Assembly (NCBI RefSeq): GCF_031769215.1
Contig: NW_026781989.1
Span: 248,001-312,000, forward strand
DNA from: Ylistrum balloti
Taxonomy: Eukaryota
Direction of reading: 5' to 3'
Length of the DNA stretch: 64,000 bases
The stretch's first letter is position 1. Every line of letters starts with the position of its first letter. A program made the position numbers and the translations under genes. The notes beneath the pieces were generated by a model that saw only the letters and a program-made list of their open reading frames with translations, was not told the origin of the DNA and did no database searches. Positions 1-13,100 of the stretch are shown piece by piece.

Positions 1-59
1 ATTACAAGGGTCAGTGTATATTTTGTTGTTTAATTGCAAAGAAATCAGGACGACTAAAA

Positions 60-854
60 CGCGTATGGAATGTGTCTGCGATAATGGTGAACAAACACTA
101 TGGTAATATTATGTAAGTAATGAAATGATGAATGGGGAAATAAAGGTTATATACCATCATCAGTGAAGTACAAACTTAAGACCATACAATTCTAAAAAAG
201 GGGTATGATATTCCGAAAAGAATTGTCGACCTTCTATACTTTTTGCGAGAAAATACGGATTTACAAATCGGTGTATCTGATCTCGTAAAATTATCTTCGG
301 AGCATTGTGGACGAAACATGCATATGATCACCAATACATGAAAGGCCGTCTAAAAGAATATTTTGGAAATGATGATATGATTTCTGAAATGAACGGAAAG
401 CAAAACATTGTGACATTAACATCAACTGCAAAATCCAATTATAAAAGATCAAAAACAAATGACCAAGAGGAAGAATATATGTGATATCATCAAAACTGCT
501 GCAGCTTTGACAAGAGAAGATGTATGTGTATTCTACCACCTCCATGAGTGGTCAGGGAACATATTAGATGTGATCTAGTATAAGTGGAAAATCAAGGGTA
601 ATAGACTTTTGCCAATCTACACAAAAGCCGCCCTTGCACCACAGACAGAAACTTCTAAAAATCCTCCATTTCTACTCCAGCCGCATTGCGACACGATGAG
701 ATGTTCCTGTCGCAAGAATGAAATGTTCTGTTTCACTGCGTGCTCAAAATGTCGCCTTCTAAGTTGTTTAAATACTGAAAATATCATTGAGAAGAATTTG
801 TTTGCCTCAGTTTTTGACAGTCAGAATTTAATCACTAAGTTCATCCTACAATAA
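60..854 (+). mobile_element. Decayed, internally deleted DNA-transposon ORF with C-terminal CXC (tesmin/TSO1-like) cysteine cluster; superfamily unassigned
   Basis: Frameshifted pieces MKGRLKEYFGNDDMISEMNGKQNIVTLTSTAK (~337-435) and DIIKTAAALTREDV (~483-525) are followed directly by CDTMRCSCRKNEMFCFTACSKCRLLSCLN (ORF 609-854). These resemble the N-proximal and C-terminal motifs of long invertebrate CXC-tailed transposase-like ORFs. The long middle section is missing. Confidence 0.55.
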
Positions 855-1931
855 GTTCTAAAATTAGTGGTACATCATAAACGTCCTAAATAATGATAAA
901 TACGGACATTGCAGAAGTATTGTACGGTCATCAGATGGAAAATACTTTTAAATAGTCTTTTATGTCATAGAAAAAACTTCTGAAAGTTCATTGACCACAT
1001 ATATATTTATAAACATTTAGATTATCAGCATTGTGAGAGGTTTCCTTCCAATGTTTATTGTCGTGATGTGTAAAATTCTGTCTATCCGTTGTATTTCATG
1101 AAATTAAACATATAAAAGTGCATTAACCACTTACATTTTCATCACTTTATTCCATTTTGGAAGGGATGGATTATTTTACCTGTATTCTATATGGCATTTA
1201 TCTATCAAAAATGAATTGAAGAAAAGCTTTGTTTGATTTTTGAGGTTTGATCTATTCGTGGCTATTACAACTCTATATATAAATACCATTGCAGATAAAG
1301 TTCGTGTGTAAAACTGTTTCTTTTCATGTTGCCGTACTAGTCCTATTGTGGGTTTATGCATTTGTAGATAATAAAAGTACTTTACCACGTCTTATCTGGT
1401 ATAACATTGTCACTAGTGTGAGCCAAAGAGAAAGCTAATTGCCTAACCTACAAGTTGTTATAAGCACCAGACGTGAATTTTAGAAAACGCGTGTTTTATC
1501 CGTGTATTGCGATATATATTAAAACAGTACGACACCTCGGTTCGTATATTTTGTAAAGCCTTTCTCAACATCAACATCTATTTCCACAAATAAGTGGAAT
1601 AAAACAACATAACATGAAAAGTTCCCATCAGTGATGTCATCCTTTCGTTTCAAATAAACTTTTTAAAATCTCAGATAAAAAGTGCATGGATTGTTGACAG
1701 CGAAAATGAACATGTTATAACAATTCAGCAAAGTGTTTAACAAGTATGAGCGAAGACACATTACGAAGAAATTTAGATAAGCCTGGTATACGTTTTAAAG
1801 CGCAAGGGTAAGCAGGTCTAACCGGTTTTAATAGCGAAAAAAATTAATATTGGCAATGGAACTGAATTGCCTAACTATGTATTAACAGATATAACCGAAT
1901 ACACTTAGACATTTGTACTACAATATTCTAC

Positions 1932-2125
1932 CTTATATCTATGTCGTTCAGTAATCCTTCACTTATGGCGTCTTCCATGGCTATGGTAAAGGCACTTGCT
2001 GTCCGCTGAAATGACATGCTGTACGTTGGCGTACCATTCATCCATAACATGCCGATAGTAACATTAATTCCATTCGTTTGACTACAACATATTGTAAAAA
2101 GTATATACAAAATCGTCCAAGACAT
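1932..2125 (-). CDS. First coding exon of a natriuretic peptide receptor / receptor guanylyl cyclase-like (ANF_receptor ectodomain) gene; the rest lies left of the window
   Basis: MSWTILYILFTICCSQTNG looks like a signal peptide. It is followed by INVTIGMLWMNGTPTYSMSFQRTASAFTIAMEDAISEGLLNDIDI, which matches the first beta strand and helix pattern of ANF-receptor ligand-binding domains. The exon ends in a phase-2 donor AAG|GTAGAA at 1932/1931. Confidence 0.65.
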
Positions 2126-2388
2126 TTTTTCTTCTCTAACGTGTCTGTATAATTTTTTATCCAATATCGGAAATGATGCAGAGCTTGGAGAGGATCATAT
2201 ATGACAGGAACATTTACATGCCGATAGTAACATTAATTCCATTCGTTTGACTACAACATATTGTAAAAAGTATATACAACATCGTCCAAGACATTTTTTC
2301 TTCTCTAACGTGTCTGTATAATTTTTTATCCAATATCGGAAATGATGCAGAGCTTGGAGAGGATCATATATGACAGGAACATTTACAT
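2047..2388. repeat. Near-perfect 169-bp tandem duplication covering the 5'UTR, start codon and signal peptide of the receptor gene
   Basis: acatgccgatagtaacatt...caggaacattt occurs at 2047 and 2216. I see one substitution (tatacaaaatcg vs tatacaacatcg). Confidence 0.95.
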
Positions 2389-2479
2389 CCGCGGCTTTAT
2401 GTCTATAATGATGTTTTACAGTATTGTTGAGTGTTGCGTTCACGGGAAGGTATTGGCGGAGATGGATGTCTGTTACATG

Positions 2480-2520
2480 TTATTGATTGGCTAGTGGTTA
2501 GTGTTTCTACACCAATCATA
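2480..2520 (-). promoter_or_regulatory. Paired CCAAT boxes, candidate promoter of the receptor gene
   Basis: attgattggc at ~2482 and accaatca at ~2511, about 360-390 bp upstream of the ATG at 2125. Confidence 0.3.
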
Positions 2521-4263
2521 CGTTGGCGCAATTAAAGTTTGTTGTCGTCATGACAATAAACAAGTTTTGAAATAATCATTATTTTCAAACGATTGAAAAT
2601 TAATTTGAATAAATGGAAAGTCGTTGATACCCTTGATTCCATCTAGTGTGCCAATGGACATGATCAAATGCATCAAAGTTTATCTAAAGGCTTATCAAGG
2701 TCATTTTCGGCCATGCTGATGATTTCTAAGAAAGAATTACCCTCGCATTAATAGCTATAGCATATTGAAAGATCTTGCCATAAAATTAAGACAAATTCAT
2801 TCATCAGGGTTTAAGACGTTCTTGTTACGAGGAACGTTCCAGTTGACCTTCCCGGAGATGTAGGCGTATTTTACATATGTGGTAGAATACCGTACAGAGT
2901 AGAAATCTGCGAATGGTTGCACTATTCAGAATATGCACATGTACTTGACATTCTTTTGAAACCAATCGGGTATATGAGAGTTTAGAAATTTGTTGAATTA
3001 TGGGACTATTGCACCACCATCTAAGTTTTGGCATTTCTTTCGGTCAATTCTAGTTTCCTTCAGTCGCTTTCTAGGCTTTAGAATTTGTTCTCTCAAGATG
3101 CAGTTTATTTCTTTTTCTGACTCTACAGTAAATCAATCTACATTTGTCTTGAAATACAATAACCACTTTTGTGTCTTTGCGCTATCATACAGAATATGAT
3201 TGTCAGGAGCTAATCAATGGAAAGGTCTTTTGGTATATCAAAATCCAAGTTCCATTAATTCCACATATAGAGTGTACAGTATCAAAATAATGTGTAACAC
3301 TAACACTGAATGGTACTACTAAAACTCCCAGAACAAAGTGTGGATTGAGAGTTGGTTGGATATTTCGGGTATAACTTTCAACAGAATATTAAGATTTATC
3401 ATGACCATAAAGAAGTATAGAAGTTGTGATAGAATAAGCTTATTCCGTTCAGTGTTTGTAGCATATTTAGTTACAAGAAAATGCTACAACAGCTTCATTA
3501 AGACGACACACTTAGTACTTTGCATTTGCTTGTACATGTAATTAAATATGTTGCAGGTATTGTTCTGAAATTAAAATTAAATCCTAGTATTGAAGTCTGG
3601 CTTCAGTGTTCATCAATGGTTAAAGTGAATTTTTAATTGTTAACACTGAAAAACAAGGAATTTCAAAGCAAACATTAAGTGTTACAGATATCAATCAGAC
3701 CTGTCTTAACAAATCTTCAGTTGTCCAAACATTGTTTACTTTATATAGCGAATCTTCACTAATGCTGGTTAACTCTGACCAGGCTTTGAGTCACTGGGGC
3801 CAGCACTTGCCAAAAAAATACATGATTGTTATTGTTGGTATAGTTTTGGGATAAAAGAGTCTACAAGAGTTGAAATCAAATTGCTCAAATTGACTTTACA
3901 CTTTCCTTCATCCAACGAGTAGTGAACAGTCGACAAGATTCAGGAATTTGCTCTCTTTGCTTGGTAAGTGAAATAGATGTTTTCGAAAGCTCACAAAATA
4001 CAGTTTTAAATTGCAGTTTGTGTTAAAGATACCAAGCTGATGAATGTCGTTAGTTTTAATGAATTTCAGTATGTATCATAATTATGCTGACTTGTTATTA
4101 TGCTCGTGTGTTTTTTTGTTTTGTTTTTTTCATACCGAAAAAAGACCATACGTAACTAGTGGCTAGCTATATTTTTGTACCAATTTTGTAAATATAAAAA
4201 ATAGTTTTCATATATTTTTACAATGAGGTGACTTTTATGGGGTCCCGTTTTAGTATTTATCTT

Positions 4264-4534
4264 CAAAATGTGATATCAATAATTCGAGTTAGTTATACCA
4301 ATAATTCTCGACATTTAGTTATATCATTCATTCGAATTCGTGAGAACGATGATTCAGTTAATGATATGAATGCTTTGAACTATTGATGTAAAAAGATAAA
4401 TGATTGATATCAATAATTACGGGCATTTGTACATGTCATTAAATCAAATAAGTGATGACAATGATACATTCGATTATTGATATCAATTAATAAGTAACGA
4501 TTTCAATTATTCGAAATCGTGATATCATATTTTG
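4264..4534. mobile_element. MITE-like element with imperfect 24-bp terminal inverted repeats
   Basis: caaaatgtgatatcaataattcga (4264-4287) matches the reverse complement of 4511-4534 (caaaatatgatatcacgatttcga) at 20/24 positions. gatatcaataatt recurs internally. Confidence 0.5.
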
Positions 4535-5526
4535 TCAATTTCTGATTCAAGTAAGACATGTCCTACATTAGATATCAGAAAACAGCTGCGTGGGTTTTGG
4601 ATGGGTATATCATGAACTACAAAAAACCAGAGTGTACTCTGTTCATAATCCACTTCGTAGTTTCTCCATATGCCTTCTTTAAATGCCTTTATAACGTATT
4701 GAATATTCTTCAGGTTAACCCTTTATCAAAACATGTTTGTACACAATAATTATCCACTTTATGGAAAGTTTATGATAATATATTAAGTGTTTACGTGTGC
4801 GCAACAACAACACTTATAAAATACTTATACACGTAGCAGTGAGAACAGACTTGAAACATCACAGAAAATGACTTTTTGAGTCTGAGCGTATAATCTTTAA
4901 TGGAACCTAGTGGTATGAATAAGGTCTGATGATCTCATAACTAACGTTGATGTCAACATGTCTAACGTGACTTCATCTACGTCTTAGCTTAATCGTCGTG
5001 GATTTTGCCATCAAACGATTATTTCCATATATCTGTAAAGCTTGTAATTTGGTTCAGATTTAGTCGATAGAGTACATTTGTCAATCAGATTTAAGTACAG
5101 TTAGAAGGTTGATCTCGTTTATCCAGAATCTACGATAAGATAATTTTAGCACTGATGCGGTAAAAGTAGGATTCTGATTTGTGACAACAAGCACGTTTCA
5201 GGAAACCTGTTTTATATACCTAATGCAATTTCATTGTATTTCAAAGACTAAGCCGATCCATTAGTCCTTAATGGTAACCTTTTACTTTTTTTTAATTTAT
5301 GAAGTGATTGGTTCAATGGATGAATTCCAACGTGACATGCAGGTTACGGAAAACGAAGGGGATATTAAGTCCACCAGCACCAGCAGTGTCCACCTACTGC
5401 TATCTAAAGACACACAAGTGAATAGAAATAGAATAATCAGTGCCATATAAGGAATTTAACAATACCATACAGCTGGTTCCTCCCTCTTTAACTCACCATT
5501 GATGCTTAAGGTTTACCTTTCGAAAC

Positions 5527-7576
5527 CTAGAAGGCGACTAAAGAAAACCCAATGTGATCTGGGGAAAAAACCCAACAACAAACCCAAATGGGGATGTGTA
5601 CGGGCTTGTTCCAAAGTTCAATAATTCTGGTACATGTGTATGATCTGAAACCATTTGAATGAATTCAAATTTATCATGCTGGTTACAGGAAATCTTGGGA
5701 ACTTAAGAGATTAACAACAGTGTTTATCACTGGATAGCTGAAAAACTGCATCAAAGATACAAAATTGAATAGCAGTTAGTAAATAAGACACGCGATCAAC
5801 TTTAAATAAATACGGTCGACATTATTGCGAATAAGAATAAATAACAACCTGTCATAGACTACCTATCATAGACTTGATATGCGGTGTTGAAGGGCTGTCC
5901 TCAAAAAATGTAGATGACAGGGTTGTAGAATTTTGATGATTGCATTGTAATATATTGAACAGAGTAGAGCAGTATTACCTTTGAAAACCTCCTCACTCCG
6001 ACCTGAGTGTGCAATTGATACCATATTTGGTCTGAGAAAGAAGGTAAAACACTCTATTGTTTTGTTTGCTTTCTGCGAGAAAGGAGCGGCAGTCAGGATT
6101 GTGATGAAGAAGTAAGACGATATTGTAACAATACCACCACATATACACAATAGGCAATCAAACATATTTGTTTGTTACCGGCATTGGTTTCACTGTACAG
6201 ATACGCCCATTGAGATTTAGTTCATGAAACGGATGAGCATGTCAATATGCCGGAAAGGCATTAACTATTGCCATAAAATGGCCCCTGAAAACTCAGACTG
6301 GGATAACATGAAACTGGCATACGAAAATAATCCACGCATGGGGGTATGTTATGAGTGAAAGATATATACTATCTGAATATGGTTTTTGTATAAGAAATAG
6401 GCGACAATATTGGAAGACAACAACCGCTCGTTATCTCAAAACGATGAAAATAACTTTTATGGAAACAAAATGTTCCACATTTTGAATGCAGTCCCAGCAC
6501 AAAAAAAAAGTTCTCACTATGTGCTTAATAATCATCCATTTGTCTGCAATGACGCTTTTTCGTAATTTATCTCAAAAAGTTCCTATTTCAATGTTTAATG
6601 TGCATGCTTAAATCAACTCATGAGTGAGCGAGTAGAGTACGTGTTTATAATCAGATATCTTAATTGAATTTTTTTAATCCTTCACGTGTTTCTTTGAAAC
6701 TTTCGATTTACATTAAATCTAATTTTGACATTCTGGACATGACATGCTCTAAATCGTTGCGTGCTTTTGTTCGTTAATTGTCAATTGTAGACAAATAACC
6801 ATGTCCAGGTCTGTTTGACTTCTGTGAATATGTCTTTGCTAAATCGTAATCTACAGACCGAAACATACGTTGCAAGTAACATATACCTGAAAAAGTGATC
6901 CTCAAATGTCACGTTTGTTTTTGTTCTTGATGTTGAACTCTCTTGTTTTGGTGTATACAGTAACTGTTGACCGACAAGAATCCAAAGCAAACTGATTACA
7001 TCTATGTTTAATTTAACAGACAAGATTAATTAAATCACACATTACATTGTGAAAATGTCATTACCTTTATCCTTACCAACGCAAATATTTGCGATGTAAT
7101 TAATTGAATTGTCATTTCTTTTCATGTGAAGTAATTAATCATTTGCAATGGTAGGATAACATCACATTTCATAGCTATTACATGTAGATGGATTTAAAGA
7201 ATTCCACTGATGTATCATAAAATCTCACAAGGCTACACATGAAACAACATTCTATGTAAATTCTGACGTTACAACTTACGTCTGCAGTCTGTCTTACAAC
7301 ACAACTGTAGATTAATAGAGTGAAACGTGCATGTAATACCCTTTGGTATTTATTATGTCTTTAAGCTACTTGACGAGATGATAATGAAACTTGTGTATCT
7401 ACGGTTTCTGGACCAGGTGGCTTACTGTAAGGTTTTAAATTACCTTCCCAGTTCTGTATCCAGGGATAATTTCTTCCCAGCATAGTTTTGCACTTGTACC
7501 AGCTCGCTTCATTCTTAGTTCGTCCTTTAATGATAACATAAGAGATTTAGCATTTTTGTTCCATCTCAAATTCGTC
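5527..7576 (-). CDS. Candidate orphan gene fragment: four phase-consistent exons, unknown product
   Basis: Exons 7576-7444, 6963-6887, 6031-5979 and 5558-5527 have GT-AG boundaries and join in frame: TNLRWNKNAKSLMLSLKDELRMKRAGTSAKLCWEEIIPGYRTGKLLYTPKQESSTSRTKTNVTFEDHFFRPNMVSIAHSGRSEEVFKDHIGFSLVAF*. No family recognised. Confidence 0.3.
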
Positions 7577-9039
7577 CTCAGTGTTAATGGACGAAAAAGT
7601 CAGAATTAATTGGGGCGAAAATTTCCCGTTATATAGTAGTAAAAGAGATATTGTATGGATCTTGGGGAGTAACTCTTCGTTTACACCTGGACTTATAATC
7701 TTTGTACTTTTTCAGGAGTTTCCTTGTAGGAAGGTGCGTATGATTGTAATACTAATTGAACACGACTTGCTAGCATTTCGTCTATAAAAATATTGGATCA
7801 TGTAAATATAAGGTTTCCTATGTCAATGAACAAACATATCTATTTTTATCATATACACGGATTGTAAATGCGTAGTCAGACATGGAAAAGTAAGTACATT
7901 GTATGTGTTATCTAAATATACCTTGATATAATCTTAGTATCGGGGTCCAAATATGCAGACATGCCTTTCATTTTATATAACATATATTCAAATATCAATT
8001 ATTCAAAGAATGAAAAAAAAATTAATTTAACCCATTTCGAAACGGAATCCAACGTAGCATAATATTAGTTCTGTTATTTTATTTAATGAAGTTCGGAACG
8101 AGGTCATATTCAACCTTTGTTTTCTGTTTTCATCATTTGTTTAATATTGGTTCTATTGTTACTTACAGAGTTATTGCTGAACATCAATGAGGTATGGAAT
8201 CAATTCGTAAAAATGCAGGCATGTGGCTTTCAAAATGAATCTCACAAATTTTGGCGAGACTACAAATTTTGAACCGCCATTGAGCGGCCTGGTAACTCTT
8301 GGGTATTCACTTCACAGCATCCTGTATTTTGCCGAGGGAAAAATTTTGAAAAAAAATCACGGCTCTTTATTCAAAACCTTTATTTGAACTAATGGTAAGA
8401 AGAGCTCTCTAACCCGTTGTCAAATCAATATGGCGGAATAAAGTATCACGAAACTGTTACGAAAAAAGGTGGACTCACTTTAATTAATTATTCCTTTGCG
8501 GGATCATTATTCCCACTATGTTTGTTTTATCTTAATTAGCTATGACATGATCGTTAACTGTAATAAAACTAGTCGTAACAGAGGTAATTATATACCTAAT
8601 TCACCACAAGGTATAAAGATGATCAAAGAAGAGCGAGACAAACAAATTCCAATTAATTTCCGATATGATACTACGAATTAAAGCTCAATCACAAATTAAG
8701 TATGATTAGAAATGTTTCCAAACATCCTCTTTCGTCACTGGAATACCTCCTATGTCTTACAGACCATATACTGTGTAGACGTATTGATTTTAACTGTTTT
8801 CCTGAATAGATATCTCTTTTACTCCTAAATTTATATTTCGAGATTACAAGAAAAGCCTTAATAACGCAGAAATTCTTGATCTGCTAAGTAAAGCATAACT
8901 AACCTAAGTTCTCTTGTCATATGTACAAAAAAAATCAAGAAAATACCAACATGGCAACATAATCATTATTCAAACTCAAATTCCATACAACTAAGGCAAA
9001 ATAAGAACAAATGAAAAATGTACACGGAGACTCCAGAAA

Positions 9040-10700
9040 AACTAGAAGGAGAATAAGACCGGGTATTCCGGAAGAGTAGGAGTCTTCTGCTTCATCGACG
9101 ACACCCGCCATGTAAATCTTGGTCAATCCAAGTAATTAATGTCACGTTCTGAAATGGGAAACGGTATACAACAATGGAACCAACAGGCAACAGAGCATCA
9201 AATACGTCAAGCTTCGTGTCGCGCAGAATCTTTCTCAATGAGATCACTATAGTGACCATAGAATTTCCCTATAATTTCATCAACCTACATCTTTTGAAAC
9301 CTTGTGTCACGAGTTTTTTTCAGTTTTCAGGACTTCTTGCACGGAAATCGTGATAATGGGAACAGGTCATTGAATATCAAATCAACTGTGACATGTAAAT
9401 ATCATAGGCTGGAGATGCAGGGATAATGCTGTACGAAAATGGAATATTAACAAAATAAACAACAACACAATACCGACAAGTAGTAAAATTTAATTCAGAC
9501 TCTAGATCTATGAAACGAGGATAAACCATGAACTAAAAAACGTTTCCTGGGAGAAAAAAATTACGAAGTTCTTGTATTAGTAATGTCAAGTCCACAACTT
9601 AATTAGGATAAGGAACCAGAAGAAATTCTTACGAGGTCTTAACATTTTCAAAGTCATATCCACCAGGAAATATATTATTTCTTAACTAGATTATTATAAT
9701 GATCACACACCTTTCTCGTCATCTTCATCAACCAGCATGTCTCGAAATTTCTTTCTTGAAAATTTATCATCAGCTATAGACATCTTGTAATAATAATAAA
9801 AATGTTATCGGGAATAAACCCTCGAACACGGAATCAGCTGCGACAGGTTATTACCGTGTGTTAGAAAAGCAAGGATGACGTTGTCTAAAAGCAGACAGTC
9901 TTAACAAGGAAGTCGAATCATTACGCTAATGACAAAGCTTGGTGGAAAGCTGTCCGTGTTTGTTCCGTTGTAAGGAAAAGAATCAAGACAAACAGCTTAC
10001 GTAGAAGAGTATGTTGTGTCCTTGGTTTCCGGTTTCAGATGACAGGATTCATAATTTTCCTGTTATTTAAAGACAATACATCATCGGTATATCTAAAAGT
10101 GAAACTGAATGACTTATCAAAATCTCCGTGAACTTGATGAACCAAACACAAGTCAACAAAGAAAGGGGCACAGTTTGTCCCCATAGGTATTGTTAATAGC
10201 CGGTTAGAAGGTTACTATCAAAACCTTCGAAGACTTTTCAAACTAAAAAGGCGATAGATAATGTTTCACGATTTCGTCCATCGCATGTTTTTTCTTCTTA
10301 GACTCCGTAAATTATTCTCCAGCATAGTTTACAACTTTATATATTTGTAACGTCGTTCGCCTTTCTTTAAAAAAGAGGATCTGACAACTAGAGCAAAAAT
10401 GTTACTTTGGATTGGAATTGGGTACGGTATTGTACAAGATGTTTTGATGTAAGAGATGAGTTTAGAGAAATTCTCATGTAAATAGTATCACAGTAAGACC
10501 CTTAATCTGATTTAGTTCTATGAATCATAGTATATGCTTTGATAAACGTTTGGATTGACAGTTTTATAATAATCGATTGACTTGTTTTCAGTTTAATGAG
10601 ACCAATTAAAATATCACGTTACGTGTCTAAATAACACAAGGTATTTGTCTACACTATCTATAAAGTCAATTTACCGACTCTTTCATTCATTGATAACCTT
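9040..10700 (-). mobile_element. Decayed Penelope-like retroelement (RT domain plus 3' end)
   Basis: The minus strand encodes KKGERRYKYI (~10340-10370), IPMGTNCAPFFVDL (~10150-10190), SFSFTFRYTDDVLSLNN (~10065-10115), ETKDTT and NLSQLIPCSR, with many stops and frameshifts. A 3' motif ggcgggtgtcgtcgatgaagcagaagactcctactcttccggaatacccg (~9060-9110) resembles the abundant bivalve PLE terminal repeat. Confidence 0.8.
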
Positions 10701-11989
10701 ACTTTTTGTGAGACCAAAAATAATCGACATTAACAGATTTTTCCCTTGTTTTCAGATTACTGAAATTATGTTTTTTAGACGGAGTTTTCAAAGGTAATAT
10801 ATATTCGCTTTCGTTTCTTTACATTTAACCTAGTTTAATGATCAATATTTATTAAGCACAATTTATCATATTCTTCTTTCATCGTTGTAATCTGATTTGC
10901 TGATAATTATTGTACACTGACGACAAAATCTTATATTTCCATTCTTCAGCTTGCTGTAGAATACGATTCCAAACTTTTTCAAATACATAATATATCACAT
11001 CACTTTAATTCGGTTCTCCCGGGAAATATATAATAAAAGTAGATTTAATCATTTTTTCAAAATGTTGATGCCAAATTCGATTATATTTTAATTTGGTCTT
11101 GGTTACGGCAATTTCATTACTTCTATTGGTTGTTTATGTTACTATATATACATGTAGCACCTATTCTGACATTGATTGTTCATCAAAACAAACTCATTCT
11201 TAATGGTTAAGCACCAGCCTTGTAATTAATTCTTAAATTATCATGTAGTTTGACGTAATGATTGAAGAATATCAGCTTCAAGGGAAAGAAAGGAATGAGA
11301 TCCAAAAATAAATCCGGTATCTGAATTTTATGGCTTAGTCACATAATCTCGATAATGTTAATATTGAAAAATGGATCGGTAATAGAAATTAGGCCCAGTG
11401 CTAAGTGCTGGTGTGTCAGTAATCACCATACATTACAACGCTCCCTATAATACAGTTAATATAAATGGTTGCTTCAATTTGTCATTAATTGGATACCAGT
11501 ATCGACCGATAGGTATACCGTAGTGACCGTGGAATATTAACAAACCATCGCAGTGAGACTCGTTTTCATGGTAGCTTGACTAAGAGGATAAAATCAGAGG
11601 AAAATTATTTACACGTTAAAATTTTCCATGAATAATTTGTTACTATGGAAATATATTGGACAACATCAATATCACAGAAATACCATAAACCTGGCATCTT
11701 ATTTAATCGTTAGAAATGGAAGACAGCTACTCGTAAAATTGTGGTTATATAGTGTAAGTGAGCATTGTTGAACACTATATAACGAACCTATAAACTTTTT
11801 TATGAAAGTGGTGATCACTGGAGAGTTTTCAATCATTGTCTGTACTGACAACTGTAGTCCTGTATGTTAGGTGTTATCCTGAGCAAGGTACAAAACACAA
11901 CAAATGCAGGAACTCTAAGGAATTCCGTTTTACTTTTTATCTATCTAAGTAATATTACTTACACGATTAGGTATATTACAAACTACGTA

Positions 11990-13100
11990 GGTGATATCAC
12001 TCTAATAAAACGATATCGTCTATTCATAATAGTGATATCACGTATTCATTACAGTAATATCACCTATTCATTACAGTTTCATCACCTATTCATTACAGTT
12101 TGATCACCTATTCATTACAGTTTGATCACCTATTCACTACAGTAATATCACCTATTCATTACAGTAATATCACCTATTCACTACAGCGATATCGCCTATT
12201 CATTATAGTGATATCGCCTATTCATTACAGCGATATCGCCTATTCATTATAGTGATATCACCTATTCATTACAGCGATATCGCTTATTCATTATAGTGAT
12301 ATCGTCTATTCATCATAGTGATATCGCCTATTCATTACAGCGATATCGCTTATTCATTATAGTGATACCGTCTATTCATCATAGTGATATCACCTATTCA
12401 TTACAGCGATATCACCTATTCATTACAGTGATATCACCTATTCACTACAGTGATATCACCTATTCATTATAGTGATATCGCCTATATCACCTATTCACTA
12501 CAGCGATATCGCCTACTCATTACAGCGATATCGCCTACTCATTATAGTGATATCGCCTATTCATTACAGCGATATCGCCTATTCATTACAGCGATATCGC
12601 CTATTCATTATAGTGATATCACCTATTCATTACAGCGATATCGCTTATTCATTATAGTGATATCGTCTATTCATCATAGTGATATCGCCTATTCATTACA
12701 GCGATATCGCTTATTCATTATAGTGATACCGTCTATTCATCATAGTGATATCACCTATTCATTACAGCGATATCACCTATTCACTACAGTGATATCACCT
12801 ATTCACTACAGTGATATCACCTATTCACTACAGTGATATCACCTATTCATTATAGTGATATCACCTATATCAACTATTCACTACAGCGATATCGCCTACT
12901 CATTACAGCGATATCGCCTACTCATTATAGTGATATCGCCTATTCATTATAGTGACATCACCTATTCATTATAGTGACATCAGCTATTCATTACAGTGAT
13001 ATCGCATGATAAATAGGTGGATTCACTATAATGAATAGTGCTACCATCATTTAAAATAAATAGGTAACATCACCATAATGAATTAGTGATATCGCCAAAA
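11990..13100. repeat. 22-bp minisatellite (consensus tcacctattcattacagtgata) with an internal 10-bp palindrome; degenerate inverted units at 13020-13100
   Basis: Roughly 45 tandem units containing GCGATATCGC/GTGATATCAC. The right flank contains cactataatgaatag, the reverse complement of the unit. Confidence 0.95.

Noticed and set aside
2825-3540. Partly open minus-strand frames (e.g. FLNSHIPDWFQKNVKYMCIF)
   Set aside because: Several stops and no recognisable motif. It may be an old transposon, but I cannot support a call.
6180-6290. Minus-strand frame open across a single TGA (possible selenocysteine)
   Set aside because: Its phases do not fit the neighbouring exons, it has no redox motif, and I identified no SECIS.
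12450-12836. 128-aa and 61-aa repetitive ORFs
   Set aside because: Artefacts of the 22-bp tandem array.
11990-13010. Possible CRISPR array (palindromic repeats at regular spacing)
   Set aside because: The sequence between palindromes is itself repeated (no unique spacers), there are no cas genes, and the context is eukaryotic.
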